DNA of 64,000 nt from NCBI GenBank assembly GCA_031367385.1, contig JANLPS010000373.1, positions 18,650-82,649 on the forward strand, in the 5' to 3' direction. Below, piece by piece: positions 49,484 through 59,800 of the stretch; within the stretch, counting starts at the first letter, position 1; each line of letters starts with the position of its first letter. The DNA is from Archangium sp. (GTDB lineage Bacteria > Myxococcota > Myxococcia > Myxococcales > Myxococcaceae). Made by a program: the position numbers and the translations under genes. The notes under the pieces were generated by a model that saw only the letters and a list, made by a program, of their open reading frames with translations, did no database searches and was not told the DNA's origin.

Positions 49484-50169
49484 GAGGGTGGCTTTTCAGC
49501 GCGGCGTTGCTGAGCGCGTGCGGCGCGCCGTCACACCCCGAGGGTGACGCCGGGGTCATTGCCCAGGTCGACGCTGGAGTCGTCGCCGTCGACGCCTCGG
49601 TGACGGTCGCCGATGCGGGTGACCCGTTCGCTGACCGCATCGTCGAATTCGCGCCAGGCCCGGGCGCCGGGTTCGGGCAAGACAAGCTGCCGGCGGTGGT
49701 GCTCGGGCCTCCGCGAGGGGGTGGCTCGGGTGCGGGTTCGCTCGACGTGCTGTCGCTGGGCAAAGAGGGGCATATCGACCTCGAGTTCACCGATTTCGAG
49801 GCCGTCGATGGCCCGGGCGTCGACCTGCTCGTCTTCGAGAACCCCTTCGGTGGGTTCAGCGAAACGGGGGTCGTGTCGGTGAGCGAAGATGGCGTGCTCT
49901 GGCGCGAGTTTCCCTGTGCGGCTGACGATGCCGATGCGGGGTACGCCGGGTGCGCGGGGGTCAGGCCGGTCTATTCGAGCCCCGACAATGGGGTCTCGCC
50001 CATCGACCCTTCAGTGGCTGGGGGAGACGCGTTCGATTTGCACGACGTTGGCCTGAGCCGGGCGCGCTTCGTTCGAATTCGCGATTCGGGGTCGAACCAT
50101 TTTTACGGTGCGCCCGGAGGCGGGTTTGATCTCGACGCGGTCGCGGTGATCAACGGCGTCAAGCGCTAA
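49480..50169 (+). CDS. 'Cell surface protein' lipoprotein, BtuH-like domain
   Basis: GTGA coupling; LSAC lipobox; ADRIVEFAPG, LSLG..G.I.LEF, DLLVFENPF, GVVSVSEDG, GGDAFDL and GFDLDAV. Confidence 0.7.
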   Translation: MRGWLFSAALLSACGAPSHPEGDAGVIAQVDAGVVAVDASVTVADAGDPFADRIVEFAPGPGAGFGQDKLPAVVLGPPRGGGSGAGSLDVLSLGKEGHIDLEFTDFEAVDGPGVDLLVFENPFGGFSETGVVSVSEDGVLWREFPCAADDADAGYAGCAGVRPVYSSPDNGVSPIDPSVAGGDAFDLHDVGLSRARFVRIRDSGSNHFYGAPGGGFDLDAVAVINGVKR

Positions 50170-50178
50170 CCTTGGTTC

Positions 50179-50859
50179 ATGATGCTCACCCCCTACCAGC
50201 TCAAGGCGCTCGTCGGTCAGGCCGCACTCGCCTACGTCGTACCCGGAGCCATCATCGGCGTCGGCACCGGCTCGACCGTCGATTGCTTCATCGACGCGCT
50301 GGCCACGATGAAAGACCGTCTCGGGGGCGCCGTCTCGAGCAGTGAGCGCAGCACGGCTCGCCTGCGCGCTCACGGCATTCGCGTGCTCGACGTGCTGCCC
50401 GACGAGCTCCCCGTCTACGTCGACGGTGCAGACGAAATCGATCACACCGGGCACATGATCAAAGGCGGCGGCGGAGCGTTGACCCGAGAGAAAATCGTCA
50501 GCGATCTGGCCCGCGCCTTCATCTGCATCGCCGACGAATCGAAGTTGGTCACCGAGCTCGGCGCCTTCGGGCTCCCGCTCGAGGTCATTCCCATGGCGGT
50601 GGGGTCCATCAGCCGCAAGGTGCGCGCCCTCGGAGGCACCCCGGTGTTGCGCGAGGGGTTCGTCACCGACAACGGTGGCACCATCATCGACGTGAAGGGC
50701 CTGCACATCACCGACCCCGCAGCGCTGGAAGCGCAGATGAATCAATGGCCCGGCGTCGTCACCGTCGGGCTCTTCGCGCAGAAGAGGGCGAGCGTCTGCC
50801 TCATCGGCACTCAGCAGGGCGTGAAGACGCTGACCTTCTCGTCACCCTCACTTCAGTGA
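50179..50859 (+). CDS. rpiA: Ribose-5-phosphate isomerase A
   Basis: [23 protein letters not shown] and VTDNG. Confidence 0.95.
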   Translation: MMLTPYQLKALVGQAALAYVVPGAIIGVGTGSTVDCFIDALATMKDRLGGAVSSSERSTARLRAHGIRVLDVLPDELPVYVDGADEIDHTGHMIKGGGGALTREKIVSDLARAFICIADESKLVTELGAFGLPLEVIPMAVGSISRKVRALGGTPVLREGFVTDNGGTIIDVKGLHITDPAALEAQMNQWPGVVTVGLFAQKRASVCLIGTQQGVKTLTFSSPSLQ

Positions 50860-51674
50860 GCCGCCTTATTCATCTGGGCCTCTCGCGCTTTTGCCTCGGC
50901 GAGGGTCGGCACGTTCAACGCGAGGCGCTGCTCGTCGGTCACCGTGCCATCAACCGGCCACAACACCCACTTGCCAGTCGCGTCGGTCGAGAACTGGGTG
51001 CCGTACTTCTGCGGTTTCTTCTCGTACATCAGCACCCGGTCTTCAGAAGCCGCGACCAGCCACTTCGCTTTTCTGTTTTTGCCGTCGAGCTCGACCGCCT
51101 TGAGCGCCAGGTCGTGGGCGCGGGCGATCTCCGCCGGTGAGTCTCCGTGCTGAAAGACCATCGCCGCGGCGAAGTAGTCGGCGGAGTATTTCGCTCCCCC
51201 GGCGTCGATGATCTGCAGAACCCGCGCTCTGCGAGCGGTATCGCGGGGCCCAACCTCGGCCCAGCTCATCGTGCTGGGGTCTTGCCGGTCGGCCTGATCT
51301 TGCTCGAAAAGCTGCGCGAGCTCGGCATTCAACCGGGCGCGGGCGGTCTTGAAATGCTCGAGCACCCCAGGCCACCTGGCATCGGCCCGCAGCGAGGCGA
51401 AGTCGGCATCGGTCTTGAGCGAGTCTTCGGTCAACACCATGTCATCTGAGGCGATGGCCTTCTCGAGTTGCTCGAATGCGTCATCGGCGCGGCCTGCCAG
51501 CGCGAAGCAGCACGCTGCGTTGTAGCCCTCGCCCCCTGCCGCGTAGGTCTGACCGCACGCTGCATAGTCTTTGGCCGCGTACTGGGCTTCTGCTTGGGCA
51601 GCCGTGGGTCGCGACGCGCTCGCATGGGCGCAAGCCATCAACACCAGAACCGAACCGACACTTTTGCGAAGCAT
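50853..51674 (-). CDS. Lipoprotein with TPR-like and DUF6624-like domains
   Basis: LMAC lipobox; [11 protein letters not shown]...D.DF.SLR.D.RW; DQADR...FQHG...DR.L...PQKYGTQF. Confidence 0.7.
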   Translation of the reverse strand: MLRKSVGSVLVLMACAHASASRPTAAQAEAQYAAKDYAACGQTYAAGGEGYNAACCFALAGRADDAFEQLEKAIASDDMVLTEDSLKTDADFASLRADARWPGVLEHFKTARARLNAELAQLFEQDQADRQDPSTMSWAEVGPRDTARRARVLQIIDAGGAKYSADYFAAAMVFQHGDSPAEIARAHDLALKAVELDGKNRKAKWLVAASEDRVLMYEKKPQKYGTQFSTDATGKWVLWPVDGTVTDEQRLALNVPTLAEAKAREAQMNKAAH

Positions 51675-51720
51675 GAGCGCCCCTTGGTGAAGCCGTTTGC
51701 CGAACGAGCAGCAGGTACCG

Positions 51721-52083
51721 ATGACTCTGACCGCGATGACTCCTTTGAAGGCAGAGATTCAAAAGTTTCAAGCCGAGATTCGAAAGTTTTCAAGGCAGCA
51801 GGAGGGGCTTGCTTCAGTGCAGGCACAGCTGAAGACGATGGGGCCCGAGCTCGAACGGCTGCGCCGGCAGGTGCGCGAGCCGCGATCACGAACTGGTGAG
51901 AACGAGCTGCCTCAAAGCGAGCTCTGGCCGCGCCTCAAGAGGTTCTGCGTGTTCGGTCTGGCGGTGGCGAACCTGTCAACGCTGCCCGTGTTCATCTCGT
52001 GGCACCAGCACCGATGGGTGCCCGCTGCCTGGTGCCTCGTCTTTGCACTCAATCTGGCCTGGGCGCTCTGGGAGGTCTCATGA
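51721..52083 (+). CDS. Coiled-coil + 2-TM hypothetical protein
   Basis: Heptad-rich N-terminus and two hydrophobic segments; ATGA overlap with the next gene. Confidence 0.55.
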   Translation: MTLTAMTPLKAEIQKFQAEIRKFSRQQEGLASVQAQLKTMGPELERLRRQVREPRSRTGENELPQSELWPRLKRFCVFGLAVANLSTLPVFISWHQHRWVPAAWCLVFALNLAWALWEVS

Positions 52084-52454
52084 CACACACCGCCGATGAC
52101 CGCGCGATGCGAGCACGGCTCGAAGCAGCTCAGGCTGAGCTCAAGTCGCTCCGCGCCTTCGACTTCGAGACGGAGCTCGCTCGGGCGCAGGCTGCCCTCC
52201 GCGACGCGACGCTCGAGCGCGCCCAGCTGCGCTCCCAGGTGAAGATCAAGCGTGCGAGACCGTCGCCAGTGCGGCGTGCTGCACCTCGCAGCGTGGCCAG
52301 TCGCGTGGCGTCGTTCTGCGCGGTGGCCCTCCAGGTCATCGCGCTGGCCGCGTGGGGCACGAGCGAACACGTGCCCGCGTTGGCCGGCTTCGGGTCGGTC
52401 GTGGCCTTCTTCGCGCTGATCGCCGCCGCGATAGGGCTGGGCTGGAGCCGCTAA
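52080..52454 (+). CDS. Coiled-coil + 2-TM hypothetical protein
   Basis: ATG 52080 overlaps the upstream stop; same architecture as its neighbour. Confidence 0.55.
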   Translation: MTHTADDRAMRARLEAAQAELKSLRAFDFETELARAQAALRDATLERAQLRSQVKIKRARPSPVRRAAPRSVASRVASFCAVALQVIALAAWGTSEHVPALAGFGSVVAFFALIAAAIGLGWSR

Positions 52455-52505
52455 AACGCCCTCAATGTTCGCCTCGCCCATGCACTCGGAGTAGCCTCCT
52501 CCTCT

Positions 52506-53942
52506 GTGCCTGTTGGCGACGAAACCATCAGCATGTTCTCCGACTCCACGAGTCGCGACCCGCTCATCGGCTCGATGGTCGACGACTATCAAGTCACCGC
52601 CCGGGTCGGCGCGGGGGCGATGGGTATCGTCTACCGCGGCGAGCACCGCATCATCGGCAAGACCGTCGCGATCAAGGTCTTGAAGCTCGACTACGCCGAC
52701 GACCCCGAGATGGTGAACCGCCTGGTCGGCGAGGCCCGCACGGTCAACGCGATTCGGCACCCCGGCATCGTCGACATCTTCGGCTTCGGCACCTTGAAGA
52801 CCGGCCAGCCCTACATCGTGATGGATCTGCTGGAGGGCGAGCCGCTCGACGTGTTCGTGAAGAAGCACGCGCCGCTCAAGCTCAAGGCGGTCTGGCCGAT
52901 TCTCGATGATTTGCTGCGTGCCCTCTTCGCCGCCCACAATGTCGGCGTCATTCACCGCGACCTGAAGCCCGGCAACGTCTTTCACGAGTCACACCCCGAA
53001 GCGCGCAGCCGCATCAAGGTCATCGACTTCGGGTTGGCCCGCACCGCCGACCGCGCCGGAGGCAGCATTCGCCCGACGAACCCCGGCACCTTGCTGGGCA
53101 CTCCGGCGTTCATGGCGCCCGAGCAGGTGGTCGGCGTGAAGGTGACCCCTGCGACTGATCTCTACGCGGTGGGTGGCATCGCCTATCAATTGTTGACCGG
53201 TCACCTGCCGCACGAGGCAGCGAGCGCGATTGAAGTGCTCAGCGCGAAGATGGCCTCAGACCCGCTGCCCCCGCGGCACTGGGTGTCGATGATCGACGAA
53301 GAGGTCGACCACTGGGTGATGTCGCTCTTGCAGCGCGACCCGCTCGACCGGCCGCAGAGCGCAGAAGACGCTCGCAAGACGCTGCGCCGAATCGTCGATG
53401 GCCGCACCACCTCGAACACGCCACCGGTCAAGCCCAAGGGCCCGGGCAAGCACCCGAGCCAGCCCCCGCAGCCGGCCCGTGGTTGGAGCGACGCGAAGAC
53501 CATGTTGGTCGAGCAGCAAGGGGCTGACGCGCCGCTGGTGACGCCTGAGAACACCACCGACCGGTCTGACAGCCCGTTCGCGGCGACTCGCGAGACACCG
53601 CTGGTTCGTGGCGCTGCCAAACCGATGCCCCACTTCGGGCCCTCGCCGGTGCCTCAAGCCGCCGCCGCCGCGAACCCCGCGCCTGTGCCGGCCCAGTTCA
53701 AAGATTCGAATCGCACCGCGCCGATGCCAGCGGTCTCTGATGAAGCCATCGCCGCCGCGCAGCAGCACAAACCCAAAGTGGTCAAGTCGTCGCCCAGTGG
53801 GCTGCGCTCCTCTCCCAGCGGGCTTCGCCCGGCGCCCAAACCCACCCGCTCAATCGTGCCCTTGGTCGTGGTGGCGGTGATCGCGCTGGCGGTGATCACC
53901 GCGCTGTTTCTCTATTTGAGCACCGGCCAGGCCCCTCGGTAG
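52506..53942 (+). CDS. Ser/Thr protein kinase with Pro-rich linker and C-terminal TM anchor
   Basis: VGAGAMG, HRDLKPGN, DFG and APEQ. Confidence 0.93.
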   Translation: MPVGDETISMFSDSTSRDPLIGSMVDDYQVTARVGAGAMGIVYRGEHRIIGKTVAIKVLKLDYADDPEMVNRLVGEARTVNAIRHPGIVDIFGFGTLKTGQPYIVMDLLEGEPLDVFVKKHAPLKLKAVWPILDDLLRALFAAHNVGVIHRDLKPGNVFHESHPEARSRIKVIDFGLARTADRAGGSIRPTNPGTLLGTPAFMAPEQVVGVKVTPATDLYAVGGIAYQLLTGHLPHEAASAIEVLSAKMASDPLPPRHWVSMIDEEVDHWVMSLLQRDPLDRPQSAEDARKTLRRIVDGRTTSNTPPVKPKGPGKHPSQPPQPARGWSDAKTMLVEQQGADAPLVTPENTTDRSDSPFAATRETPLVRGAAKPMPHFGPSPVPQAAAAANPAPVPAQFKDSNRTAPMPAVSDEAIAAAQQHKPKVVKSSPSGLRSSPSGLRPAPKPTRSIVPLVVVAVIALAVITALFLYLSTGQAPR

Positions 53943-53946
53943 CGCG

Positions 53947-55122
53947 ATGTCTGACGCCGACGCGCGCGTGCGTCTCGAAGGCCGCGCTGAGCTGCTCGAA
54001 GCCACCCGTGCACGGTACCGCCTGCTGATTCGCCAGTTGGGCTCGATGTGGTGGCAAGAGCGCCTGCGAAAGACGGCGTCGGTCTTGCGCGAAGTGAGCC
54101 GGGTGCAACGCGAGGTCGAGCAGGCCATCGACGCTGCTGGTCGCCACGCGAAGAACGAGCAGTGGCCCGAGTCGAGCGGGCTGCTCAAGTGTCTTCGTGA
54201 GGTGAACGAGCAACGCGTCACGCTCGAGCGGTTGACCCGAAAACGGCTGGGCCGCGCCGCCGCACCGCTCGACCTGGCCCAGCAGCTCGAAGCGCTCGAG
54301 CAGCAGGTGCTCACCGCGCCGCGGTTGGTGTTGCCTGGCCAACGCTGGGCCAGCGCCAAGAACCTGCTGCCCTGGCCCTCTGCCGAGCTGACCCCGGTCG
54401 CTGCGTTCGCCGAGCGGCTCGAAGGCGTCTTCGCCAAACCCCTCGTCGGGGGCGAAAAGCTGTCGTTTTCACCGCAAGAATTCGAGGCCGTGGTCGCAGG
54501 GTGGGCCGCCGGCAGCCGGGGGCTCGATGCAGTGTGGGCGCGCCTCGAGCGGCTCGACGTGAGCGGTGTGTTGGTGCGCTACCTGCGAAGCCGGGCCCGG
54601 CGCACTCCGACCCGAGGGCGAAATTCGGGGCCCGAGGTGCTGCTGCACGCCGAGTTCTGGCGAAGCCTGGCGCTCTCTCGAATCGAGACCGCGCTCGAGA
54701 GCCGGGTCGGGCCGGTGGTGTGCCTCGAGACCGAGCGCTTCGCGGTGCTCCGATGGCTCTCGTCGCTCGACCGGGGCACGCCGTCGCCGCTCTCGGTGGG
54801 CTCCGCTGAGCGGGGCGCGTTGATCGAGCTCGCGCACGCGGTCAGCACCTTGCCCGCCAATCGGCAATGGGCCGCCCAGTGGCCCAAGCTGCTCGAGCTG
54901 GCGCAGCGAGCCGATGGTCACCGCGCCGACCCCGATTGGCAGCGGCTGCACGATGCGTTGGCGTTGTTGGCCCGCGTGCTCGAGTCGCCCGTGGCCAAGG
55001 CCGTGCCTCCGCTGTACCGGAGCACGCTGAAGGCCCGGCCCCCGGTGCGCCGCGAGACCCCTGATTCGCTGAGCGGGGTCATTCGCGCGATGCAGGTCAG
55101 TGTGTCGAGCGCTACGCCTTGA
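53947..55122 (+). CDS. Hypothetical helical protein
   Basis: Long ORF 4 bp after the kinase stop, with consistent codon bias. Confidence 0.7.
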   Translation: MSDADARVRLEGRAELLEATRARYRLLIRQLGSMWWQERLRKTASVLREVSRVQREVEQAIDAAGRHAKNEQWPESSGLLKCLREVNEQRVTLERLTRKRLGRAAAPLDLAQQLEALEQQVLTAPRLVLPGQRWASAKNLLPWPSAELTPVAAFAERLEGVFAKPLVGGEKLSFSPQEFEAVVAGWAAGSRGLDAVWARLERLDVSGVLVRYLRSRARRTPTRGRNSGPEVLLHAEFWRSLALSRIETALESRVGPVVCLETERFAVLRWLSSLDRGTPSPLSVGSAERGALIELAHAVSTLPANRQWAAQWPKLLELAQRADGHRADPDWQRLHDALALLARVLESPVAKAVPPLYRSTLKARPPVRRETPDSLSGVIRAMQVSVSSATP

Positions 55123-55211
55123 CCCCCTGACAAATTGTCGGGGCTCCCCAAGGCAACGGCGCGAAACGACGCTCGCCGCACGTGGTCTGTGAATTGCTCT
55201 GCGCGTCAGGC

Positions 55212-55979
55212 ATGACCCGAATCATTCACTGCGTTTTCTTGGCCGCTGCCGCAGCGCTCACCGCTACGTTCATCAACATCGCGCTCGAAGCCTCGCTCGC
55301 GCCAAGGAGGACGGCGGTAGTCGGAGAAGCGCCGTCGCACCGGGTCCGGCCCCTCCCGTCGTTCAACGTCGAGCGCCTCGCCGCGTTGACTGGGCTGCAC
55401 TCCCAAGAAGCCGCCGCCCCCCAGGTGCTCCAGCCCCTCGACGCCCGGTTACTGGGCACGATGATCGACGTTGATCACCCCGAGGCCAGCCTGGCGACGA
55501 TTCAAAGCTCGGTCACGCTCAAGGTCACCACCTCGATGATCGGCGACTTCATCTCAGGCGCTGAAATCGTGTCGATCGAGCGCTCACGGGTCTTCGTTCG
55601 AGCCCAAGGCCAGCTGCGCGAAATCGGCGCGACCCCCTCTCTCGCGGCAAGCGCCCGCGTACCCGACGTCGAGATCAAACGCGCAGACATTTTTGCCGCC
55701 ATCGCAGGCTTCGCCAAAGACCCCCTTCGCCCGCTCATCGCTCCGGTCATCGCGCGGGGCGTGACTCGCGGCGTACGCCTCACGCTTCAGCCCGGGTCGA
55801 TCTACGCCACCCTCGGCCTTCAAACCGGAGACGTCGTCACGCGCCTCAACGGAGAAGACCTCTCAGGCTGGGTGCTGCAAGGCGTCGAGGCGGTCTCGAA
55901 GCTTCGCTCCGCTGCCACCATCGAGGTCGACTTCGAGCGAGACGGCACGGTGATGCACCGCACCTTCGCGCTGCGCTAA
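55212..55979 (+). CDS. GspC-like type II secretion protein (TM, HR domain, PDZ)
   Basis: RLLGT...SLATI...GD.I.GAEIVSIER.RV; PGSIY..LGLQTGDVV.RLNG...ERDG. Confidence 0.72.
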   Translation: MTRIIHCVFLAAAAALTATFINIALEASLAPRRTAVVGEAPSHRVRPLPSFNVERLAALTGLHSQEAAAPQVLQPLDARLLGTMIDVDHPEASLATIQSSVTLKVTTSMIGDFISGAEIVSIERSRVFVRAQGQLREIGATPSLAASARVPDVEIKRADIFAAIAGFAKDPLRPLIAPVIARGVTRGVRLTLQPGSIYATLGLQTGDVVTRLNGEDLSGWVLQGVEAVSKLRSAATIEVDFERDGTVMHRTFALR

Positions 55980-55990
55980 TGAGCTGGCTG

Positions 55991-56365
55991 TTACGAGTCG
56001 CCCAACACTTTTTTCACCACCGCGAGCACGTCTTCAGCCCGCGGAGGCTTGACGATGAAGTCGACGGCGCCGGCTTCAATCGCCTCCATCACCATCGTCT
56101 CTTGACCGAGCGCGCTGCACATCACCACCAGCGCTCGTTGATCTTGCCGAAGAATTTCGCGCGTCGCGTCGATGCCGTTTCGGTAGGGCATCACCAGATC
56201 CATCGTGACGAGGTCGGGCTTCAGGTCTTTGAACTTCTCGACCGCCTCGACGCCGTTCCCGGCTTCACCGACCACTTCGAACCCACCCGCGGCGAAGATG
56301 TCCTTGATGATGTCCCGCATGAACACAGAGTCATCAACCACCAGCACTCGCTTGGGCGTCGCCAC
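55991..56365 (-). CDS. difD: CheY-like response regulator, DifD-like
   Basis: KRVLVVDD..FMR..IKDIFA.GGFEVVGEA...CSALGQE..VMEAIEAGA.DFIVKP.RAEDVLAVVKKVLG matches my recollection of Myxococcus DifD. Confidence 0.75.
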   Translation of the reverse strand: MATPKRVLVVDDSVFMRDIIKDIFAAGGFEVVGEAGNGVEAVEKFKDLKPDLVTMDLVMPYRNGIDATREILRQDQRALVVMCSALGQETMVMEAIEAGAVDFIVKPPRAEDVLAVVKKVLGDS

Positions 56366-56377
56366 AGTTCGCGCAAC

Positions 56378-56809
56378 TTAGCGGGTTGTGCACGCCTGGG
56401 CTATTGCCGTGTCGAGCCCATCGGGGTCGAGCACCGTAATGGCCAACGCGCCCAAGCGGGCCAGGCCACGCACCGTGGGTGACGTTCGTGCCGCCTGGCC
56501 GACCTTTTCAATGCTCTCGATGCCGTCGACGTCAGTGATGAGCAGCCCCAATTCGCGCCGGCCCAGCTCCATCAGCACGATTTTGGTCGCCTTTTGCACC
56601 TGCGTCGACTCGAGGTCGAGCAGCGCCTGGAGGTCGATGACCGGCACCACCCGCCCTCGAAGGTTCATCACGCCCTTCAGCGCCCGGGGCGCCCGCGGCA
56701 CCCGGGTGAGCGCCATCGGCGTGACCACGACTTCGCGAACAGCTGCCAGCGGCAGCGCATACCGGTCTCGCTGAAGTCGAAACACCACGTGCCGCACGCC
56801 ACGAAGCAT
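56378..56809 (-). CDS. difC: CheW adaptor, DifC-like (alternative GTG start 56797)
   Basis: RHVVFR...YALPL.AVREVV...TRVPRAP...GVMNLRGRVV...DVDGIE...VLDPDGLD. Confidence 0.72.
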   Translation of the reverse strand: MLRGVRHVVFRLQRDRYALPLAAVREVVVTPMALTRVPRAPRALKGVMNLRGRVVPVIDLQALLDLESTQVQKATKIVLMELGRRELGLLITDVDGIESIEKVGQAARTSPTVRGLARLGALAITVLDPDGLDTAIAQACTTR

Positions 56810-56821
56810 ACGCGAAGCGCC

Positions 56822-59800
56822 TCAGGGTTTGCGGTACCGAAGCTCGAATTGCACCGCGTCGACTGTCATGCGGGCGCGGTCGGGGCCGTTCGGGGCCAGA
56901 GGCTCGAGCAAGAAATCGACCTCGCCCAGGCGCGCGGCGACGATGTTGACGTACTGGCTGCCTTCGACCAGCAATGGCACTCGAATCGCCGAAGGCGCAG
57001 ACGCCGGCGAGTCAGCGGCGATTGACGTGGTCGCCCACCAGCCGGGCGCCCTGATCGACACGCTAAACCCCGGGGGGCTGCCTGCGCTCCCACCCGAGGC
57101 GCCGCCGGTGATCAGCAGCTGCGCGTCGCGCGACTCGAGGTCTTTCGGCAAATCGGTGAGCGAGAACCGGAGCACGATTTGAGGCCGTTGGCTCGCCAGC
57201 GAAAACGCCCAGGTCGTCGATGGGTTCGCCTGATTGACTTCGATGGCCACCATCGCGTGCGCCTGCGAGTCGTACCCCAGCGAGGGAAAAGGGACGAAGG
57301 TCGGTTGCCCGTCACTGTCGGGGTCGGCGATGGGCACCGGGCTCCACCCGGCGTCGAAGCGCATCTCCCAGGTCTCGGTGCTGATTCGGCCCACCCGGGT
57401 GCCGCCGGGTACGAGCAAGGTGCCCCGCTCGATGTCGGCCACCAGGCCGTTGGGCACCATCGGCTCTGGCAGCACGTACTGACCGGTTGGTACGCCGTTC
57501 TTGACCACCGACAGCGTTGGTAAAATGCCGAGGTCGAAGTCTGAGCGCAGCACCGCGGTGCCCAAGGGTGTCGCCGCAGCCGACGCCCAGGTGCCCGGGC
57601 CAAGGCTCACCGGTGCGCTCGGCAACCCAGTCGTGCCCGAGACAGAAATCAGCTGCGTTTGACCATTGGCCGCCTGAACGACGACATCGAGGCCATTCGC
57701 GGTGGGTGCCGCATCGAGCATCGACGCAGCGCTGAAGCCCGCGTCAGCGCTCAGCCGCACCCACCCACCATCGGCCTCAGAGCGCCAGATCGACGCCGTC
57801 GGCACTGTCGCGCTGCCGGTCGCGATGAGACAGCGCTGGTTGGCGCCGTCGTAGACCATGTGAGTTTCGCCCAACGGCATGGGCGTGGTCAGACGGGCCG
57901 CCCACCCCCGCGCTGACAGGTACGCATCTTCGATGCCAACCAGGGGGTCGAAGCTCAACGTTCTCATCGCGCCGGCCTTCGGGTCGAACACCAGATTCGG
58001 CGTGACAACGTACGGCGGCGCGCTGGTCGGCTGGTAGGCGATCGACCACTCCGAGCCCGACCATCTCCAGGTGGTGTCGGGCGCGGTCGAGCCGACGTCT
58101 GCGCCGAAGAGCAGCAGCATGTTGCGCGCAGGGTCGGAGATCAGCCGGTGCTGCGCGCGAGGGCCGGGGGTTGGGCCCGACAGCGGGGTGCGGTTGGCCC
58201 AGGTGGTGCCGTCATACTCCCACACGTCATCGGCGATGCCGCCGTCGGCGAGCTGGCCGCCTGCCACGACCAGCACGCCACGCTCCGAGTCCCACGCGCA
58301 GGAGGTCGAGAGGCGTGGCGCCGGCCCCCCGGGCACCAGGGAGGGCAACCACTGCCCTTTGAAGTTCTGCCACAGCAACGGGGTCTCGGTGCTGAGCGTG
58401 CCGCCGAAGACGAAGACGGTGGCGGTGAAGGGTTCGGCGCAGACCGCGGCGCCCAGGCGCGTGCCGATGGGCGGGGCGGCGACCTTCGACCAGCGGTCGG
58501 TGTCGAGGCGCCAGGCATCGGTCAGGGGCTTCAGCTGCTCGTCGTACCCCCCGTAGAGAATGATCGCGTCTTGGCCTTCGTCGAAATAGAGCATCGCCGC
58601 CGTGCGAGCGCCGGGCCCGTCGGGCAGCCGCTTCCAGCTCACGCCGTTCCACAACCAGGTGTCGTTGAGGGGGGTGTCGCTGGAGCCGCCGTACATCACG
58701 ATACCCCGCTGCTTGGGGTCCCACGTCATGGGGTTCAGGTAGCGAGGGGCCGGGTTGCCGTCTCCCTCGGGGTCAGAAGAGGCGCGGGGTTTCCAGTCGA
58801 CGCCTGACCACTCCCAGACACTGCTGCCGAGGGCGAAGCTGGGCTCCCAGCCACCGAAGCGTACCACTCTCGAGCGCAGCGGGTCGAAGGCCGTACCCGG
58901 CAAGCCCGCTCGGCCCTCTGGCGCCCGGGTCAGCTCGAGCCGCCGCCAGCTGCCGGCCCCCTCGACCTCGACCCGCTTGCCATCGGAGAACGCGATGCCA
59001 TCGGCTGCGCCCCGCTCGGTCACGTCATGCCCTTCGATGCCCTCTGCGACGGCGCGCGTGACCTCGAAGCGATGCGGGTTTGGAAAGAGGCGGCCAGCGA
59101 TCTTGTTGTTGAACGTGGCGATCCAAATGAAGTCGTGAATCGGCTCCCAAGGTGACTCGTTGCCCGCGGAGTCGATGGCTTGAACATCGATCAACGAATC
59201 GCTCTGAGCCCGAAGCACCTCGAAGGCGGCGAACGACCCCTGATCATCGACCGGCGTGCTGCCGAGCAGGGCCGTGCCCCGTCGAAATGCCACCCGCACC
59301 GCTTCGGGCGCCACCCGCGGCTGGGCCACGATGCGGGTCGACGGCTGCCGGGCCGTCTGCTCATCGCCCCAGGGTGACTCGCGCACCTCGATGCCCGCGT
59401 CGACCGCCAGAGGGGCCAGCGGCGATGTCACGTCGAGCTTGGTGGTCTGCCCCAGCAGCACGGTGCTCGAGTTGAGCGCGAGGTCGGTCAGCGAGACCTC
59501 CCAGCTGACTTGCGCATCGGCTCCGGTTGGCGCCGCTTCGGTCGAGCAGATGAAGTCGAACGCCGGCGGGGCCTGACTCTCGAGCTGGCAGCGCACCCTC
59601 GGGTCGACCGCACCGCGGGCGAGCGCGCGCACCACCGGAGCCCCGTCGAGCGCCTCGCTGATCACCAGTGACAGGTGGGCATCGGCTCGCGGCCCCATCG
59701 CGGTCGGAGCGTCGAGCGCGTTGTTGGCGTGCGGCCGAATCGAGACGGTGCTCTGCGAAACGCTGGGCACCACGGTGTCGAGCGCGTCGGGCTTCACGCA

